Shown in pieces: positions 49,884 to 64,000 of a stretch of 64,000 nucleotides of DNA. The notes under the pieces were generated by a model that did no database searches, was not told where the DNA came from, and saw only the letters and a list, made by a program, of their open reading frames with translations. Each line of letters opens with the position of its first letter. Within the stretch, counting starts at the first letter, position 1. The translations under genes and the position numbers were made by a program. This DNA comes from Octopus vulgaris (taxonomy: Eukaryota), in NCBI GenBank assembly GCA_951406725.2, contig OX597814.1, positions 113,088,001 to 113,152,000 of the forward strand. Reading direction: 5' to 3'.

Positions 49884-49961
49884 TGTATGTATGTATGTAT
49901 GTATGTATGTATGTATGTATTTAAGTATGTATGTATGTATGTATGTATGTATGTATGTATG

Positions 49962-50012
<51 letters not shown>

Positions 50013-50157
50013 GTATATACAGGGTAAGGTAAAATGATATGACACATTTGTAGGTTTAATAACATTTTTTCATTCTTTTCTCTATTTCACTTTTATTAAA
50101 CCTACAAATGTGTCAGCTCATTTTGCCCCACCCTGCATATGTATGTGTGTGTATGTG

Positions 50158-50214
<57 letters not shown>

Positions 50215-50679
50215 GTATACTTACACACTTTCTCACATATATATATGCGGTCATATACATACCTCTATATTTTCACTGACCCATACACTCGTATATATAC
50301 GTTTACACACGTACTCCTACACACACACACATACACACACACACACACACACACATACACATACACACATACACACGCACGCGTATCTTTTATAAGCTTC
50401 GTCGAACAAAAGTACCCCAAATCCACTCGACCCCGTCGTTGACCTTTTGCAATTCTAAGTTTATTTGGGAGTCAACACCTTGATAACGTCTGTCATAGAA
50501 AGGTAAACCCCACCCCACAGGATGTAAGCTGTTTTCTTATGCGATATTTTGATAGCGAATGCGGGAAGTGATGGCGCTCATGCTTAAGACATGGAAGTCA
50601 GATTATCTTCACCGGGAATCAAACCACTGCAGACATTTTCGTTAATCTTAAGACATTTACGATAATGGATATGAAATAT

Positions 50680-51920
50680 TCTTTTTAATTTTGGTACAAG
50701 GACAACAATTTTGAAGGAAGGGGAAGATGTGTAGATCAATCCCAATGCACAACTGGAAGTTATTATTTGGAACTAGAATGAACGAAGGGTAAAGTCAACA
50801 TCAGCGGAATTTGAACTCAGGACGGAAAACAGGGAGAAATATCGCTAAGTATTTTGTCCCGCGCTCTAACGACTTTGCCAGCTTGCTGCCTGAAGGACTT
50901 GTAAGATTGGTTTCAAATTTTGACAAAGGGCCAGCAAATTTAAGGTGGTTGAGTCAGTCGATTACATGGACCCCAGTACTCGACTGGTGCCGCATTTTAT
51001 CGTTCCCGAAAAGCTAAAAAGCAACGTCGACCTCGGTGGTATTTGAAAGCAAACACAGACGAAATATTGCTAAGCATTTTGTCCGGCGTGCTAACCATTC
51101 TGCCAACTCTCCGCCTTTCTTCTTTATCATAATATTACATGTCCTTAAGGTGGCGAGCTGGCAGAATCGTTAGCAAGCCACTTTCGGGGTCGACAAAAAT
51201 TAAGCACCAGTTACGCATTGGGGTCGATGTAATCGACTTAATCCCTTTGTCTGTCCTTGTTTGTCTCCTCTATGTTTAACCCCTTGTGGGCAATAAAGAA
51301 ATAAGAATTGTTTGCGCGCCACTTTCGGGATCAATTAAATTAGTACCAGTTACGCAATGGGGTCGATGTAATCGACTTAATAACCCCTTCCCCCAAGTTT
51401 GAGGCCTTGTGCTTCCAGTAGAAAGAATCATTAGGACGCCGGACGAAATGCTTAGCGGTATTTCGTCCGACTTCACGTTCTGAGTTCAAATTCCGCCGAA
51501 GTCAACATTGCCTTTTATCCTTTCGGGGTCGATTAAATAAGTACCAGTTACGCACTGGGGTCAATATAATCGACTTAATCTGTTTGTCTGTCATTGTTTG
51601 TCCTCTCTGTGTTTAGCCCCTTGTGGGTAGTAAAGAAATAGGTATTTCGTCCGTCTTCACGTTCTGAGTTCAAATGCCGCCGAAGTCAACATTGCCTTTT
51701 ATCCTTTCGAGGTCCATTAAATAAGTACCAGTTATGTACTGGGGTCGATACAATCGACTTAATCCCTTTCCCCAAATTTGAGGCCTTGTGCTTCCAGTAG
51801 AATTATTAGGTCGCCAGGCAAAAATGCTTAGCGGTATTTCGTCTGCCGCTACGTTCTGAGTTCAAATTCCGCCGAAGTCGACATTGCCTCTCATCCTTTA
51901 GGGGTCGATAAAATAAGTAA
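50680..51920. mobile_element. SINE family B cluster: minus-strand units 50680-51115, plus-strand tandem array 51147-51920
   Basis: Repeated GTTCTGAGTTCAAAT.CCGCCGAAGTC.ACATTGCC..ATCCTTT..GGGGTCGAT. Confidence 0.85.
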
Positions 51921-52269
51921 CCGTTACTTACTTCCTCTCCACGAAACCAATGTTGAAACAGATTCATCATGATACTGTTTGGTGAGATTAGGCTTTCGAA
52001 TCACATGATAACCCCCCCCCCCGGTAAACTTCCACACAGCCCTCAGTTACCCCTGTTTTTCCTTCACTGCAATACGATAGTAGTATGTCGTCGGTTGAAC
52101 GAACGTTTTTGTTAAATAATGTTTTTCTTTCTGTTACGCTATTTATGATTGTCAGTTCTGATCTTGATGTCATGACCCACAGGTCACCGGGTCAAACCAA
52201 CAAAACTTAAAAGACAACAAGGAGAAATTAAACAGATTAAACAGTTTTTACTTTGTTATATCACATTTA

Positions 52270-52602
52270 TGAAGACGCATGGCTTAGTGGTTAACGTATT
52301 TGGATCACGATCGGAAGGTCATGAGTTCGATTCCGGGCGGCGCGTTGTGTCCTTGAGCAAGACACTTTATTCTCCATTGCTCCAGTCCACTGATCTGGCA
52401 AAGGTGAGTAATACCTGTAGTTCAAAGGGTCAGTCTTGTCACATTCTGTGTCATGCTGAAACTCCCTGAGAACCTACATTAAAGGTACGCGGTCTCCGTT
52501 GTACTCAGCCACTTGCATGTTAATTTAACAATCAGACTCTTCTGTTGATCGGATCAACTGGAATCGTTGTCACTCCGCGTCGTAACAGACGGAGGACCCG
52601 GT
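52270..52602 (+). mobile_element. SINE family D
   Basis: Colinear with 4092-4420; A-box TGGCTTAGTGG, B-box GAGTTCGATTCC. Confidence 0.85.
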
Positions 52603-52779
52603 TTTATTATTTCATTTATTACTACATAGTTAATGTAGACTATTCTAAATTAATAATGATCTAGTTAAGTTTGTATTGGTATAATACATTACAATATACT
52701 CATTTACACACTGCTGAAGAGAGTGCAAGTCAGGTGGTCAGGCCCTCTTGTTCGAATACCTGACACTCGGCTTCTTGAG

Positions 52780-53185
52780 TGGTTGTCTTACAGCGAAATA
52801 ACGTTAGGCTAGCACATGCAAGGTGGACAGGAAAGCACTTCAAGGAGATACTCAAAGCCTTACCGAAGAGCTTTGACATCAACTCCAGCATATGGGAAAC
52901 GCAAGCGCAAGACCGAAGCTGCACCAACAGAAGTACCACCTTCTATGAACAGAACAAGATTGCACAACGCGAGTTACGTAAGTCCGGGGTTAACTACTCG
53001 CTTTCAGTTCCACCAGACCACCAGACCACCAGACCAGTCCCAACAGACCACCAATGCCCGACCTGCCGCAGAGCCTTCTGAGCGCACATCGGACTGATTC
53101 GCCTGAGCCGGACACACCGTGCCCCGTCTTCTTCTCCCATGTAGTTTCCTTGGTCATTGTTGACAACGACGGACGAACTAATAAT
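52780..53185 (+). mobile_element. RTE-clade LINE 3' end
   Basis: KHFKEILKA..FDIN...WETQAQDR..FYEQ..HQCPTCRRAF*AHIGLI..SRTH (terminal C2H2-like finger), followed by a GACAACGACGGACGAAC-(TAA) tail. Confidence 0.85.
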
Positions 53186-53835
53186 AAAATTATAATTCAT
53201 ACAAGGGCAGTATAAAAAAATTAAAAATAATTATGTGATAAGGAAAACAATTATTAGTCGGTTAATGATATTATTTTAATTATTTCGGCAAATTAGGAAG
53301 ATAACTTCGGGAGATATTCTGGTCTTATTATTGCCTCGTCAGTGAGGCATTTGACTTCACTGAATTTATCGCTATCTGAGAATCACTGAGTAGCTGAACA
53401 AGTTTGTGTATTGGATTGAAAAATTATAGAATGAAATATTTAGAGACGCCATCGGCATAAAAGAAAAAAAAAACTAGCTAAGACACTCATCGCATTTAAC
53501 CTTAGGAAGTGAGACTATTAACGACAAAGGCAAAATGGAGAGACGAGCAAAACACTGCTCTGGACTTTATGCAAAACAGTATCTGAGTGCATCAGACGTT
53601 GTGAAATGGCAGCCTGTTGCGGCGAAACTGAATGCAGTATCGGTGGCTGAAGAGCTGAAAAGAGCCACGAAGAGGTTTCACATTGGAAATGCAGCGCGAT
53701 TGTCTTTTATCTTTTATCTTTTATTTGTTTCAGTCATTAGACGGTGGCCAGGCTGGGGCACCACTTTGAAGAACTTTAGTTGAACGAATGGCCTCAAGTA
53801 CTGGTTTTTTAAAAGCCTGCTATTTATTTTATCAG

Positions 53836-54165
53836 TGGAGGTGCAATGGCCCAGTGGTTAGGGCAGCGGACTCGCGGTCGGAGGATTGCGGTGTCGATTC
53901 CCAGACCGGGCGTTGTGTGTGCTTATTGAGCGAAAACACCTAAAAGCTCCACGAGGCTCTGGCAGGGGATGGTGGCGACCCCTGTTGTACTCTCTCGCCC
54001 CAATTTTCTCTCACTCTCTCTTCCTGTTTCTTGAGTAACGCTGCGATGGACTGGCGTCCCGTCCAGCTGGGGGGGGGGGGGCACATACGCCACAGAAACC
54101 GGGAAACCGGGAAACCGGGCCCATGAACCTGGCTAGGCTTGAAAAGGGTGCATAAATAAAAAAAT
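53836..54165 (+). mobile_element. tRNA-derived SINE family C, tail type 1 (another copy at 56545-56800)
   Basis: GGAGGTGCAATGGCCCAGTGGTTAGGGC..TCGATTCCC head and CTGCGATGGACTGGCGTCCCGTCCAG..GAAACCGGG..GGCTAGGCTTGAAAAGGG tail. Confidence 0.85.
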
Positions 54166-54334
54166 AAAGTTATTTTATCGTTTTCTCTTGCCGAACCACA
54201 AAGTTATTCGCATGTCGATCATACTCGTTTTGCTAATCGGTGTTGTTGGTGGAGCAACATTGAATTCCACCTCCCCTCCATAAGTATGCAAGCAACATTG
54301 AATGTCCCCCTTTTAAGATAGCAGCACACGTTAT

Positions 54335-54820
<486 letters not shown>

Positions 54821-57424
54821 CTAAGTTTCGCTATTATTTTTAGCTAAAGAGAAAGACCACATAGGAGTCATCAACACAAGCTGGTGGTTGATATTGTTGT
54901 TGCTGTTGTTATTGGTAGTGGTGGAGACAATAACGCAAGCAACACCGAATACCGCGATATGTGTTGACATCGCAGGAACCACCATACACCTGTCACTTGA
55001 TTATGATAGCCACGTAATGACACCAAGCATGTCACCAACGAACTATCAACGAAGTCATTTGCAATATCATTCACTTCATTCTCTCTCCCCCACTCACTGT
55101 CTTCCTCTCCTTCTTTTGTGTGTGTGTGTGTGTGTATGTGTGTAATCAATGACACTCACGTATATACATACCTGTGTATAGACACACGTATTTGTTGAAA
55201 GTTTCTCGCTTTGTGCGGCACTTCAGGTATCAAAACGATATGTATGTATGTGTGTGTATGTGTGTGTGTATGTATGTATGTATGTATGTATGTATGTATG
55301 TATGTATGTATGTATGTATGTATGTGTGTGTATGTATGTATGCATGTGTGTATGTATATATGTATGTGTGTGTATGTAAGCATGCATGTGTGTATGTGTA
55401 TGTATGTATATGTGTATGTATGAATATATATATGCATGTATGAATGTATATGTGTGTATGTATGTATGTATGTATGCATGCATGTATTATCTATGTATGT
55501 ATGTATGCATGTATGTAAGTATGCGTTATGTGTGTGTATGTGTATGTATATATGTATGCATATATGTATGTATATATGTATGTATATATATAATGCTTAC
55601 TAATAGCACCAACGCATCTTAATGGAACATGGCGAACTCATTACATAAAATGTAGAGTAATGTATCTCTATTTTTAAAACGATGCGAGTTAATTTCTCGT
55701 GTAGGCTGCCGTTGTCTTTGCAGTTTCGGCATCTAAAATATCGTAGAAATATATTTTTTGTAAAAGCATTCTTCAAGCCTCCACTTTTAGCATAGCGATT
55801 AACTCAAGCCTCAGGAACTCTGAATTTTTTCACCTAATTGTAATATTGTGGTCGCTGGAGAATGTAAAAGAATTGTAGTTGAAGAGAGGGGGAAAATAAA
55901 ACGTGATTAAGGAAAATTAACCTCTATCAAGGGAAGAAGAGATAATATAGGACGGAAGAGAAAGTTTGATATAGGTAAAGGAAAGTTAATATAAAGAAAC
56001 TGAATCATTGGAGGTCAGTTGAGAAAAGAGAGAAAGCAAAGAATGTCAGACGCGAAGCATTACAGGTGGTGTAAATATATGTGCTTCTAGTGAACTGAAG
56101 GTGGTGTTTCTCCAGCTGTGTAACAAGTGCTTTTCAAAGTGTCTGTATTTCCCAGATATATCTGATTTAGTGTTTAAGCGAAAGTCTTGTTCATGACGGT
56201 TTACGAGGATTCATCTTGTTTACGTTGTACACAGAGCGTAGGAAAAATTAATAGAAAGAAAAATAAAACGTATGTGACAGAAACCGTCGCAGAAAAAAGC
56301 CAAGTGAAAAGAATCACAAGGAAAGAAGTCACAAGAAAAATATTCTGCAAAAATCAAATAAATGAGCAATTTAATGTTTTTATTGCTTCATTTTTAAAAT
56401 TCGAAATATTGATTAAAGCGAGATCTGATTTCCCATTTATGAATGCCTTTATGTATAATCTGTAATCATCATATACAAGAGTTACATTGTCAATTAATAA
56501 ACGACTTAAATTATTGATTTACATTTATTTATATATGCTATTGAGCGGATCGCGGTTTCGATTCCCAGACCGGGCGTTGTGTGTGTTTATTGAGCGAAAA
56601 CACCTAAAAGCTCCACGAGGCTCTGGCAGGGGATGGTGGCGACCCCTGTTGTACTCTTTGGCCACAACTTTCTCTCACTCTCTCTTCCTGTTTCTTGAGT
56701 AACGCTGCGATGGACTGGCGTCCCGTCCAGCTGGGGAACATATACGCCACAGAAACCGGGAAACCGGGCCCATGAGCCTGGCTAGGCTTGAAAAGGGCGA
56801 CGTTTATCGTTTATATTTTATTGAAATGAAATGCGTTATTTTCTTGCGGCTTTCCCCCCCTAAATAATGCGCCTTTTCCACAGTCTATATTTCCGTTCAT
56901 CGTTTCACAAGCTATTTCGACCACAATTGCAGATCGGAAGAACAAACAAACGAGGTGGTTGCGAAAGCAGCAGTCCGATCAGATAGAAATAGCAGCAAAA
57001 TTTTTTTCAAAATACCTCAACATCTTCAATAAAGAAAACCGTACTTTGGACGATCTAACACTGGATTAATATCTCAAATCTCTTCCTTTCAGCTTAAAAT
57101 TATAAGAATTGCAATATAACAAACGAAGCCAAAACATATTGGCGATAAGGCCATTAAATCGAAATCTGAGTGTATGTTGTTCCGAGTCTATGTATGTTAT
57201 GTTGTTGCTTATTTGTTCGCTGTTCTGCTCAACAAAACACACGTTTGTAAAGTAGTGGAGAGTATTTACAAAATTGTCATTTATAAATGAATGGAGATTC
57301 AGATGTCTCTGGAGATCAACTAAATAGCGAATATGTTTATTGTAAAACTTCTTTACAGAAGACACCATTTCACAACAATATGAAAAATACAGCGTACACA
57401 TTTGAATAGCTATGGATGTGTGCG

Positions 57425-57488
<64 letters not shown>

Positions 57489-57579
57489 ATGTGTGTGTGT
57501 GTATGTGTGTATGTGTGTGTGTATGTGTGTATAGGTATGAATGTATATATATATATGTCACACACACAGCCTACAAAAC

Positions 57580-57622
<43 letters not shown>

Positions 57623-58203
57623 CATACAAACACACACACATATATATACATACTTACATATATATATATGTGTATGTGTGTGTATATGTTTATGTCTGTT
57701 TTTTCCCCCCCAACATCGCTTGACAACCGATGTTGTGTGTTTACGTCCCCGTAACTTAGCGGTTCGGTAAAAGAGACCGATAGAATAAGTCCTGTGGTCG
57801 ATTCGTTCGACTACATGCGGTGCTCCAACATGGCCACAGTATAATGACTGAATCAAGTAAAAGAGTAAAGAGTAAAGAGTAATACATATATGTGTATATA
57901 TGTATGTATATATATCTTCAGTGTATATTATCTCCGTGTGCGTATACGTATGTGTCGTTTGTGTGCATATACATATACATAAGCTCAAGGTATACATATC
58001 CTTCACGGTTTTATTCTCCTTCCACCTCGCTCTCTCTCTCTCCTTTCCCTTCTCTCTTTCTCTCTCTCTCTCTCTCTCGCTCTTTCTCACAGATCAATTT
58101 TACTCTCAGATTTCTGGTTATTTCTTCCTCTCTTTTTCTGATTCTCCCTAATTCTTGTGCACACTTTCGTTTGTTTTATATACATCATTTCTTAAATACT
58201 CAA

Positions 58204-58286
<83 letters not shown>

Positions 58287-58952
58287 CCTGGGCCAATAAT
58301 GGCCGAAACCTATCAAAGTATATATATATACATACACTTGTGTATATGTATGTGTGAGTCTGTGTGCGTGCGTGTATTTATATTTCGCATGGATTGATGG
58401 CTTTTATTATTTTTTTTAGTCTGTATCGCTCTAAACTGCTGTCGTATAATCCGTCCAAGCCATTCAACTCCCGTAACTCCGTCTTTGTAATGGCGTCGAT
58501 GAAATAATCCAGATGTGCAAGGGAAGTAACTGTTACCCACAGTGGTTTAAAGTCGCATCATTTGTAGTTCTTTTGGGTGTTAAACTGTTTGCTTACAGAT
58601 GTTTGTAGTATACGTGTTCCATGTGTGTTTATGTGTTTGTGTGTGTTAGTGTGTGTGCGCGCGTGTGTGTGTATGGCGCTAAAATAAAAAAAAATACGCA
58701 TGCACATACATATTGTACATGGGTGGGGTGGACGAAGATCAAGTAGGGACCTCCGGTATTTAAGTGTCGATGAGGTGTCAGAAATTGGAAACATAAATTG
58801 TTCTTGTGGCATGTTTAAACAGTAGCGGAGTAGATGGATATCGTCGGATGAGAAATCATGTGGGGCGGGCATGCACGGTTAGGCTGTGGTGGTGGTGGTT
58901 GTGGGGTGAGGGAATATATGCATACACACACACACAGACAGACACACACACA

Positions 58953-58983
<31 letters not shown>

Positions 58984-58984
<1 letters not shown>

Positions 58985-59285
58985 GAGGCGCAATAGCCCA
59001 GGGTTAGGGCAGCGGTCTTGCGGTTGTAGGATCGCGGTTTCGATTCCCAGACCGGGCGTTGTGAGTGTTTATTGAGCGAAAACACCCAAAGTTCCATGAG
59101 GCTCCGGCAGGGGGTGGTGGCGATCCCTGCTGTACTCGTTTGCCACAGTTTTCTCTCACTCTTTCTTCTGTTGGCCTGCTCGACTAGCCAGCGGGGTGGC
59201 GTCATTTGAAGGCTAAAACAATGCGAAGCGCATTGTGACCAGCGATGTGTAGCAACATCTGATAGCCTGGTCAGTCACGGTGACT

Positions 59286-59290
<5 letters not shown>
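58984..59290 (+). mobile_element. SINE family C, tail type 2 (another copy at 61672-61970)
   Basis: Same head as 53836, but the tail is AGCCAGCGGGGTGGCGTCATTTGAAGGC..GACCAGCGATGTGTAGCAACATCT..CACGGTGA running into (TA)n. Confidence 0.85.
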
Positions 59291-59349
<59 letters not shown>

Positions 59350-59496
59350 TGGAGATGTGGCTGTGTAGTAAGAAGTTTGCTTCTCAACCACATGCTTCCG
59401 AGTTCAGTTCCACTGCGAGGCACCTTGGGCTAAGATCTTCTACTATAAACTTGTGAGTAGGTTTGGTAGACGGAAACTGATGTTTTCCTTGGGTTA

Positions 59497-60036
59497 TGTT
59501 ATATCCTTATGGATAAACGAATCCACTGCGACAGTGTAATAACAATATAGTCGAAACAAAAGGCAGTAACCGCAAGGAACGTAACAACAATCCAACACGC
59601 TAACTCCAGCTGTAAATTTTGAACTCCAGATTTAAATTGTCAACACACGAACTGTGGAACTAGCCCGGTGGTTTTATTAAAGCTACAGGGGTTAAACAAA
59701 GAGGGGACAATACACGGGACAAATAGGGGTCGTGGACTTGTCGGATGAGATTACATACAGTGAATAAAAACATTATTTCTGCGAATGAAAATGAAAGAAT
59801 GAATGGACGCGGAATGGGTTTGAACCAACCGACCACATTCCTACGTTGAACCGCCCTTTTCCCCCACCCCGCTTAATTAGGCACTTACGTACTCAACATT
59901 CCGCGCGTTTTTTCTTCAGACGTGCTTTCCTTCTTAGGTGATATAAAAAGAGTAACCTCACTCACCCAGAACGCTACTATTTATATGTAGTGGTCCAGTC
60001 TATTCTCGCCAGGTGGAGTCTCACTCTCACACAACA
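59497..60036 (-). mobile_element. Solo LTR (540 bp)
   Basis: TGTT...AACA termini and a perfect 5-bp TSD GGTTA (59492-96 / 60037-41). TATAAATA (59978-85) and AATAAA (about 59672-77) lie on the minus strand. Confidence 0.85.
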
Positions 60037-60536
60037 GGTTAAAAGGTAGTAATATAGTTCTGTATAGAACAGCCACCCTATGTTGGCAAAGAAACTCTAC
60101 TGTTTAAAAATTTAAAAACTAGTTATTTTGCTCGTTATATATATATTTATACTCTCAACATACTGTTGTCACCAAAAACTGTATATTTATATGGATTATA
60201 GTACTCTGTGTCAACCAATATTCTGTGCATGTTTGAATATACAGATACAGTACCAATATCAATTCCTTCTGGAAACTATCTTAAGTATGTCCTTGAGAAC
60301 GATTATTTATGTAATCTTTTGTGCCCAATATTTTAAGGAACTTGTTGAACTTTTTTATGTCTTTAACATGTCCCTGTTACCAAAGACTGTATATATATAT
60401 GTAATGTAGCAATTTGCAACAACCAATAATTAACGCAACCAAACTTCCACATGTTACTTTTGACAATCTTTTTCCAAAGAGTGAAACCGGTAAAGTAAAT
60501 AAACATCTTTTAAATTGCATTTTCAAACCTTCTTTC

Positions 60537-60593
<57 letters not shown>

Positions 60594-60894
60594 TAATAAA
60601 AAGAAATGGAGCAACAATTAACAATTAGAAGTTGATCATTGGTATTAAAAGGTCATAGTTTAATTGTAGTTCAAGAACATTTACAGTTGTTTTAGTTTGT
60701 TATTTCGAAGTAAATTTGCATTTATCTCGTTCCATTTAGCAATTGCTAATTGTTGCTCCATTTCATTTTCCTATCCGAATATAATTAAACCACGGTTTTA
60801 CCATTTAAATTACTAGCCTTATAGCGAGGTCTATGCATAGTGAGGTAATACACCAATAGTGCCTACAGATACATTTATCTCTCAGACGGTTGCA

Positions 60895-61090
60895 TAACCT
60901 CTGCCATGATAGATCGTTAGTCACAACACACATTTTTTTTCTCTCCCTGTTTTTTCTGTGTCCCTTTATGTAGAAGAGCGTAGGCTCGAAACGTAAAAGA
61001 CTTTTTCTATTCCTGAGCGTTATACTAATACATTTGTTTGTTTTGTACACCACCTGTCTTCGTCTTTTGTTTATTTTCGTAAACTTTCCC
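60895..61090 (+). mobile_element. Penelope-like pLTR with a variant hammerhead (60964-60999)
   Basis: CTTT-ATGTAGA-A-GAGC gtag GCTC-GAAACGT-A-AAAG. It is a paralog of 32154-32345 and ends in (TA)n. Confidence 0.75.
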
Positions 61091-61971
61091 TATATATATA
61101 TATATATGACAACCGGTGTTGGTGTGTTTATGTCTCTTTAACTTAGAGGTTCGGCAAAAAAGACTGATAGAATAATTACCTGGCTTCAAAGAAAAAAAGA
61201 GTACAGGCCTTATTCATTCGCCTAAAAATTCTTCAAGGTGCTGCCCCAGCATGGCCGAGGTGTAAAGAGAGAAACAAGCAAAAGATCCAAAACAATAGAT
61301 ATGTTATTAGTTTTTCTTTAACTTGTTTCAGTCATTAGACTGCGGCCCTGCTGGGGCACCGCATTGAAGAATTTTTTTAGTCGAACGAATCGGTTCTGGA
61401 GCATACTTTTAAGCCCGGAACTTATTCTATCGGTCTGTTTTGCCGAAACGCAATGTTAATTGGGCATAAACAAACCAGCGCCGGTTATAAAGCTGTGGAA
61501 CGAGAGTGACATACACACACACGCACATACATATATATGTATATTCATGTATACGTACGTATGTATGTATGTATGTATGTATGTATGTATGTATGTATGC
61601 ATGCATGCATGCATGCATGCATGCATGTATGTATGTATGTATGTATGTATGTGTATATATATATATATATGGTGGAGGCGCAATGCCCAGTGGTTAGGGC
61701 TGCGAACTCGCGGTTTCGATTCCCAGACTGGGCGTTGTGAGTGTTTATTGAGCGAAAAAAAACCTAAAGCTCCACGACGCTCCGGCAGGGTGTGGTGGCG
61801 ATCCCTGCTGTACTCTTTCGCCACAACTTTCACTCACTCTTTCTTCTGTTGGCCTGTTCGCTTAGCCAGCGGGGTGGCGTCATTTGAAGGCTAAAATAAT
61901 GCGAAGCGCATTGTGACCAGCGATGTGTAGCAACATCTAATAGCCTGGTCAGTCACGGTGATCACGGTGAC

Positions 61972-62065
<94 letters not shown>

Positions 62066-62099
62066 GTATATATGTATATACATACAAGGAACATATTTA

Positions 62100-62505
62100 G
62101 GTGTGTGTCTTTGTGTCTGTGTTTGCCACCACCCCACTATCGCTTGACAAACCGATGCTGGAGTGTTTATGTCCCCGTACCTTAGCGCTTCGGTAAAAGG
62201 GACCGATAGAATAAGTATTAGGTTTACAAAGAATAAATCCGGGGATTCGAATTCTTCGAGTAAAAAACCCTTTAAGGCTGTGCTCCAGCATGACCGTAGC
62301 CAAATGGCTGTAACAAGTAAAAGAATAAAAGAATATATATTTAGGCTTAGGAGTGGCTGTGGGGTAAGTAGCTTACTTACGAACCACATGGTTCCAGGTT
62401 GAGTCCCACTGAGTGGCACCTTGGGTAAGTGTCTTCTGCTATAGCCTCGTGCCGACCAAAGCCTTGTGAGTGGATTTGGTTGACGGAAACTGAAAGAAGC
62501 CCGTC

Positions 62506-62567
<62 letters not shown>

Positions 62568-62736
62568 ATATGTTTGTGTGTTTACGTCCCGTAACTTAGG
62601 GTTTCGGCAAAAGAAACCGATAGAATAAGTTCTAGGCTTAAAAGAATAAGTCCTGGGGGTCGATTTGCTCGACTAAAGGCGGTGCTCCAGCATGGCCACA
62701 GTCAAATGACTGAAACAAGTAAAAGAGAGTAAAAGA

Positions 62737-62740
<4 letters not shown>
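62100..62740 (+). mobile_element. Two tandem SINE family A copies (further partial copies near 8480, 39530, 41200, 42490, 46855, 57700, 59347, 61107, 61315)
   Basis: 3' half at 62100-62335 and a near-full copy at 62343-62740. Confidence 0.85.
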
Positions 62741-62777
<37 letters not shown>

Positions 62778-63320
62778 CGCATATACACATACGCACACAC
62801 GTATATGAACGCACACACACAACATACATCGATATACACATATTCATCATAAACACACAGGTGTATGTGTGTATGCATCTATCTAATTACACACGCAAAC
62901 ACAACATCTCTACACAGCAGTTTTTGTGTGTGTCAGCGTATCTTCAAATCCATTCTCCTGTCTGTTTTAAGACGTATTAAGTAATTTCTCAATCATCCCT
63001 GACTCCTTACAACTTGATATTCTCCAGACATCACAACATACGAGAGCGTAATATCGCAGTTACCTCCCTCCACTACAAAGCGTGGAAGCTGAGCAGAATT
63101 AATGGCGATTCTGCAGCGGCACAGCTTGCAAGGTAATATAAAAGAGTATTTAAGGCAAAAATATAACACATGTTCCTCGTTAGATCGTTTGTAATGTGGT
63201 TAGTAAACATTATCACCTGTAAGTTTACAGCAGGTTTCGTTAGGGATAATGTTTCTTGTTTAGATGAGAAATAAACCTGCCTGTCTGTCGGTCCACCGGC
63301 CAGCCTGCACACCTCTTCCA

Positions 63321-63394
<74 letters not shown>

Positions 63395-63775
63395 ATATCC
63401 ATCTGTCTGTCTGTCCGTCCGTCTGTCCGTCTGTCTCTCTGTCCGTCTATCTGTCTGTTAGTCTGTCTGCACAATTACCTACCTCTCTGTCTACTTATAA
63501 ACTTGTGTACCTACCTATGAATGCACGTACGTACGTACCTACTTACCTACTACCTACCCACCTTCCTATCTAATCTGCATATCTGTCTGTCTGTTTGCCC
63601 ATAAAACATTCTAATTTTCTCCCAACCAACGTATCTACCCAGCCACTTAACTACCACCCCTACTTACCTACCTGATAGCTTACTTGCCTCTCTATCTACC
63701 TATCTACCTACATATCTACCTACCAATCTTTCTACTACCTCTCTCTCTCTCTCTCCCTCTCTCTTCTCTCTCTCT

Positions 63776-63985
63776 CTCTTCTCTCCCTCTCTCTCTTCTC
63801 TCCCTCTCTCTCTTCTCTCCCTCTCTCTCTTCTCTCCCTCTCTCTCTTCTCTCCCTCTCTCTCTTCTCTCCCTCTCTCTCTTCTCTCCCTCTCTCTCTTC
63901 TCTCCCTCTCTCTCTTCTCTCCCTCTCTCTCTTCTCTCCCTCTCTCTCTTCTCTCCCTCTCTCTCTTCTCTCCCTCTCTCTCTCT
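63776..63985. repeat. 17-bp polypyrimidine minisatellite (CTCTCCCTCTCTCTCTT)n
   Basis: About 11-12 near-perfect units. Confidence 0.95.
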
Positions 63986-64000
63986 CCCCCCTCTCTCTAT

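Noticed and set aside
53300-53350. Minus-strand CTGACGA-GG...CC-GAAG hammerhead candidate
   Set aside because: GAAA is broken and no stem I or III pairing can be found. Similar partial hits at about 12030-12065, 18411-18445 and 52714-52770 were also too incomplete.
54888-55145. ORF with an apparent signal peptide (MILLLLLLLVVVE)
   Set aside because: It has a non-ATG start, the hydrophobic run comes from a (TTG)n repeat, and it ends in a TG microsatellite.

Overview
Eukaryotic, AT-rich, extremely repeat-dense genomic DNA. The SINE/LINE repertoire and (TA)/(CA)/(TATC)/(TAA) microsatellite load look like an octopus (coleoid cephalopod) genome; this is an inference from remembered repeat families, not a database match. 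There is one convincing protein-coding region: an intron-free 491-aa CDS at 23584-25059 (+), predicted to be a 5-TM membrane protein with an XK/TMEM26-like D..D and LEDIPQL signature and a glycosylated C-terminal ectodomain. Almost all other ORFs in the track are microsatellite or SINE artefacts, or transposon relics. Those relics are Penelope-like (GIY-YIG) elements, a Dong/R4 RLE LINE in (TAA)n, RTE fragments, mariner, Tigger, a Tc1-type fragment, two hAT MITEs, a Helitron, a solo LTR with a 5-bp TSD, and at least five SINE-like families. The most unusual signal is a set of minimal type-I hammerhead-ribozyme motifs from several distinct Penelope-like pseudo-LTR families. One family places a tRNA-type Pol III promoter just upstream of the hammerhead. 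Two families show the same non-canonical core change in independent copies. One near-canonical hammerhead sits in a ~230-bp fold-back, in sense orientation, inside the possible long 3' UTR of the membrane-protein gene. Coordinates of decayed repeats are approximate.
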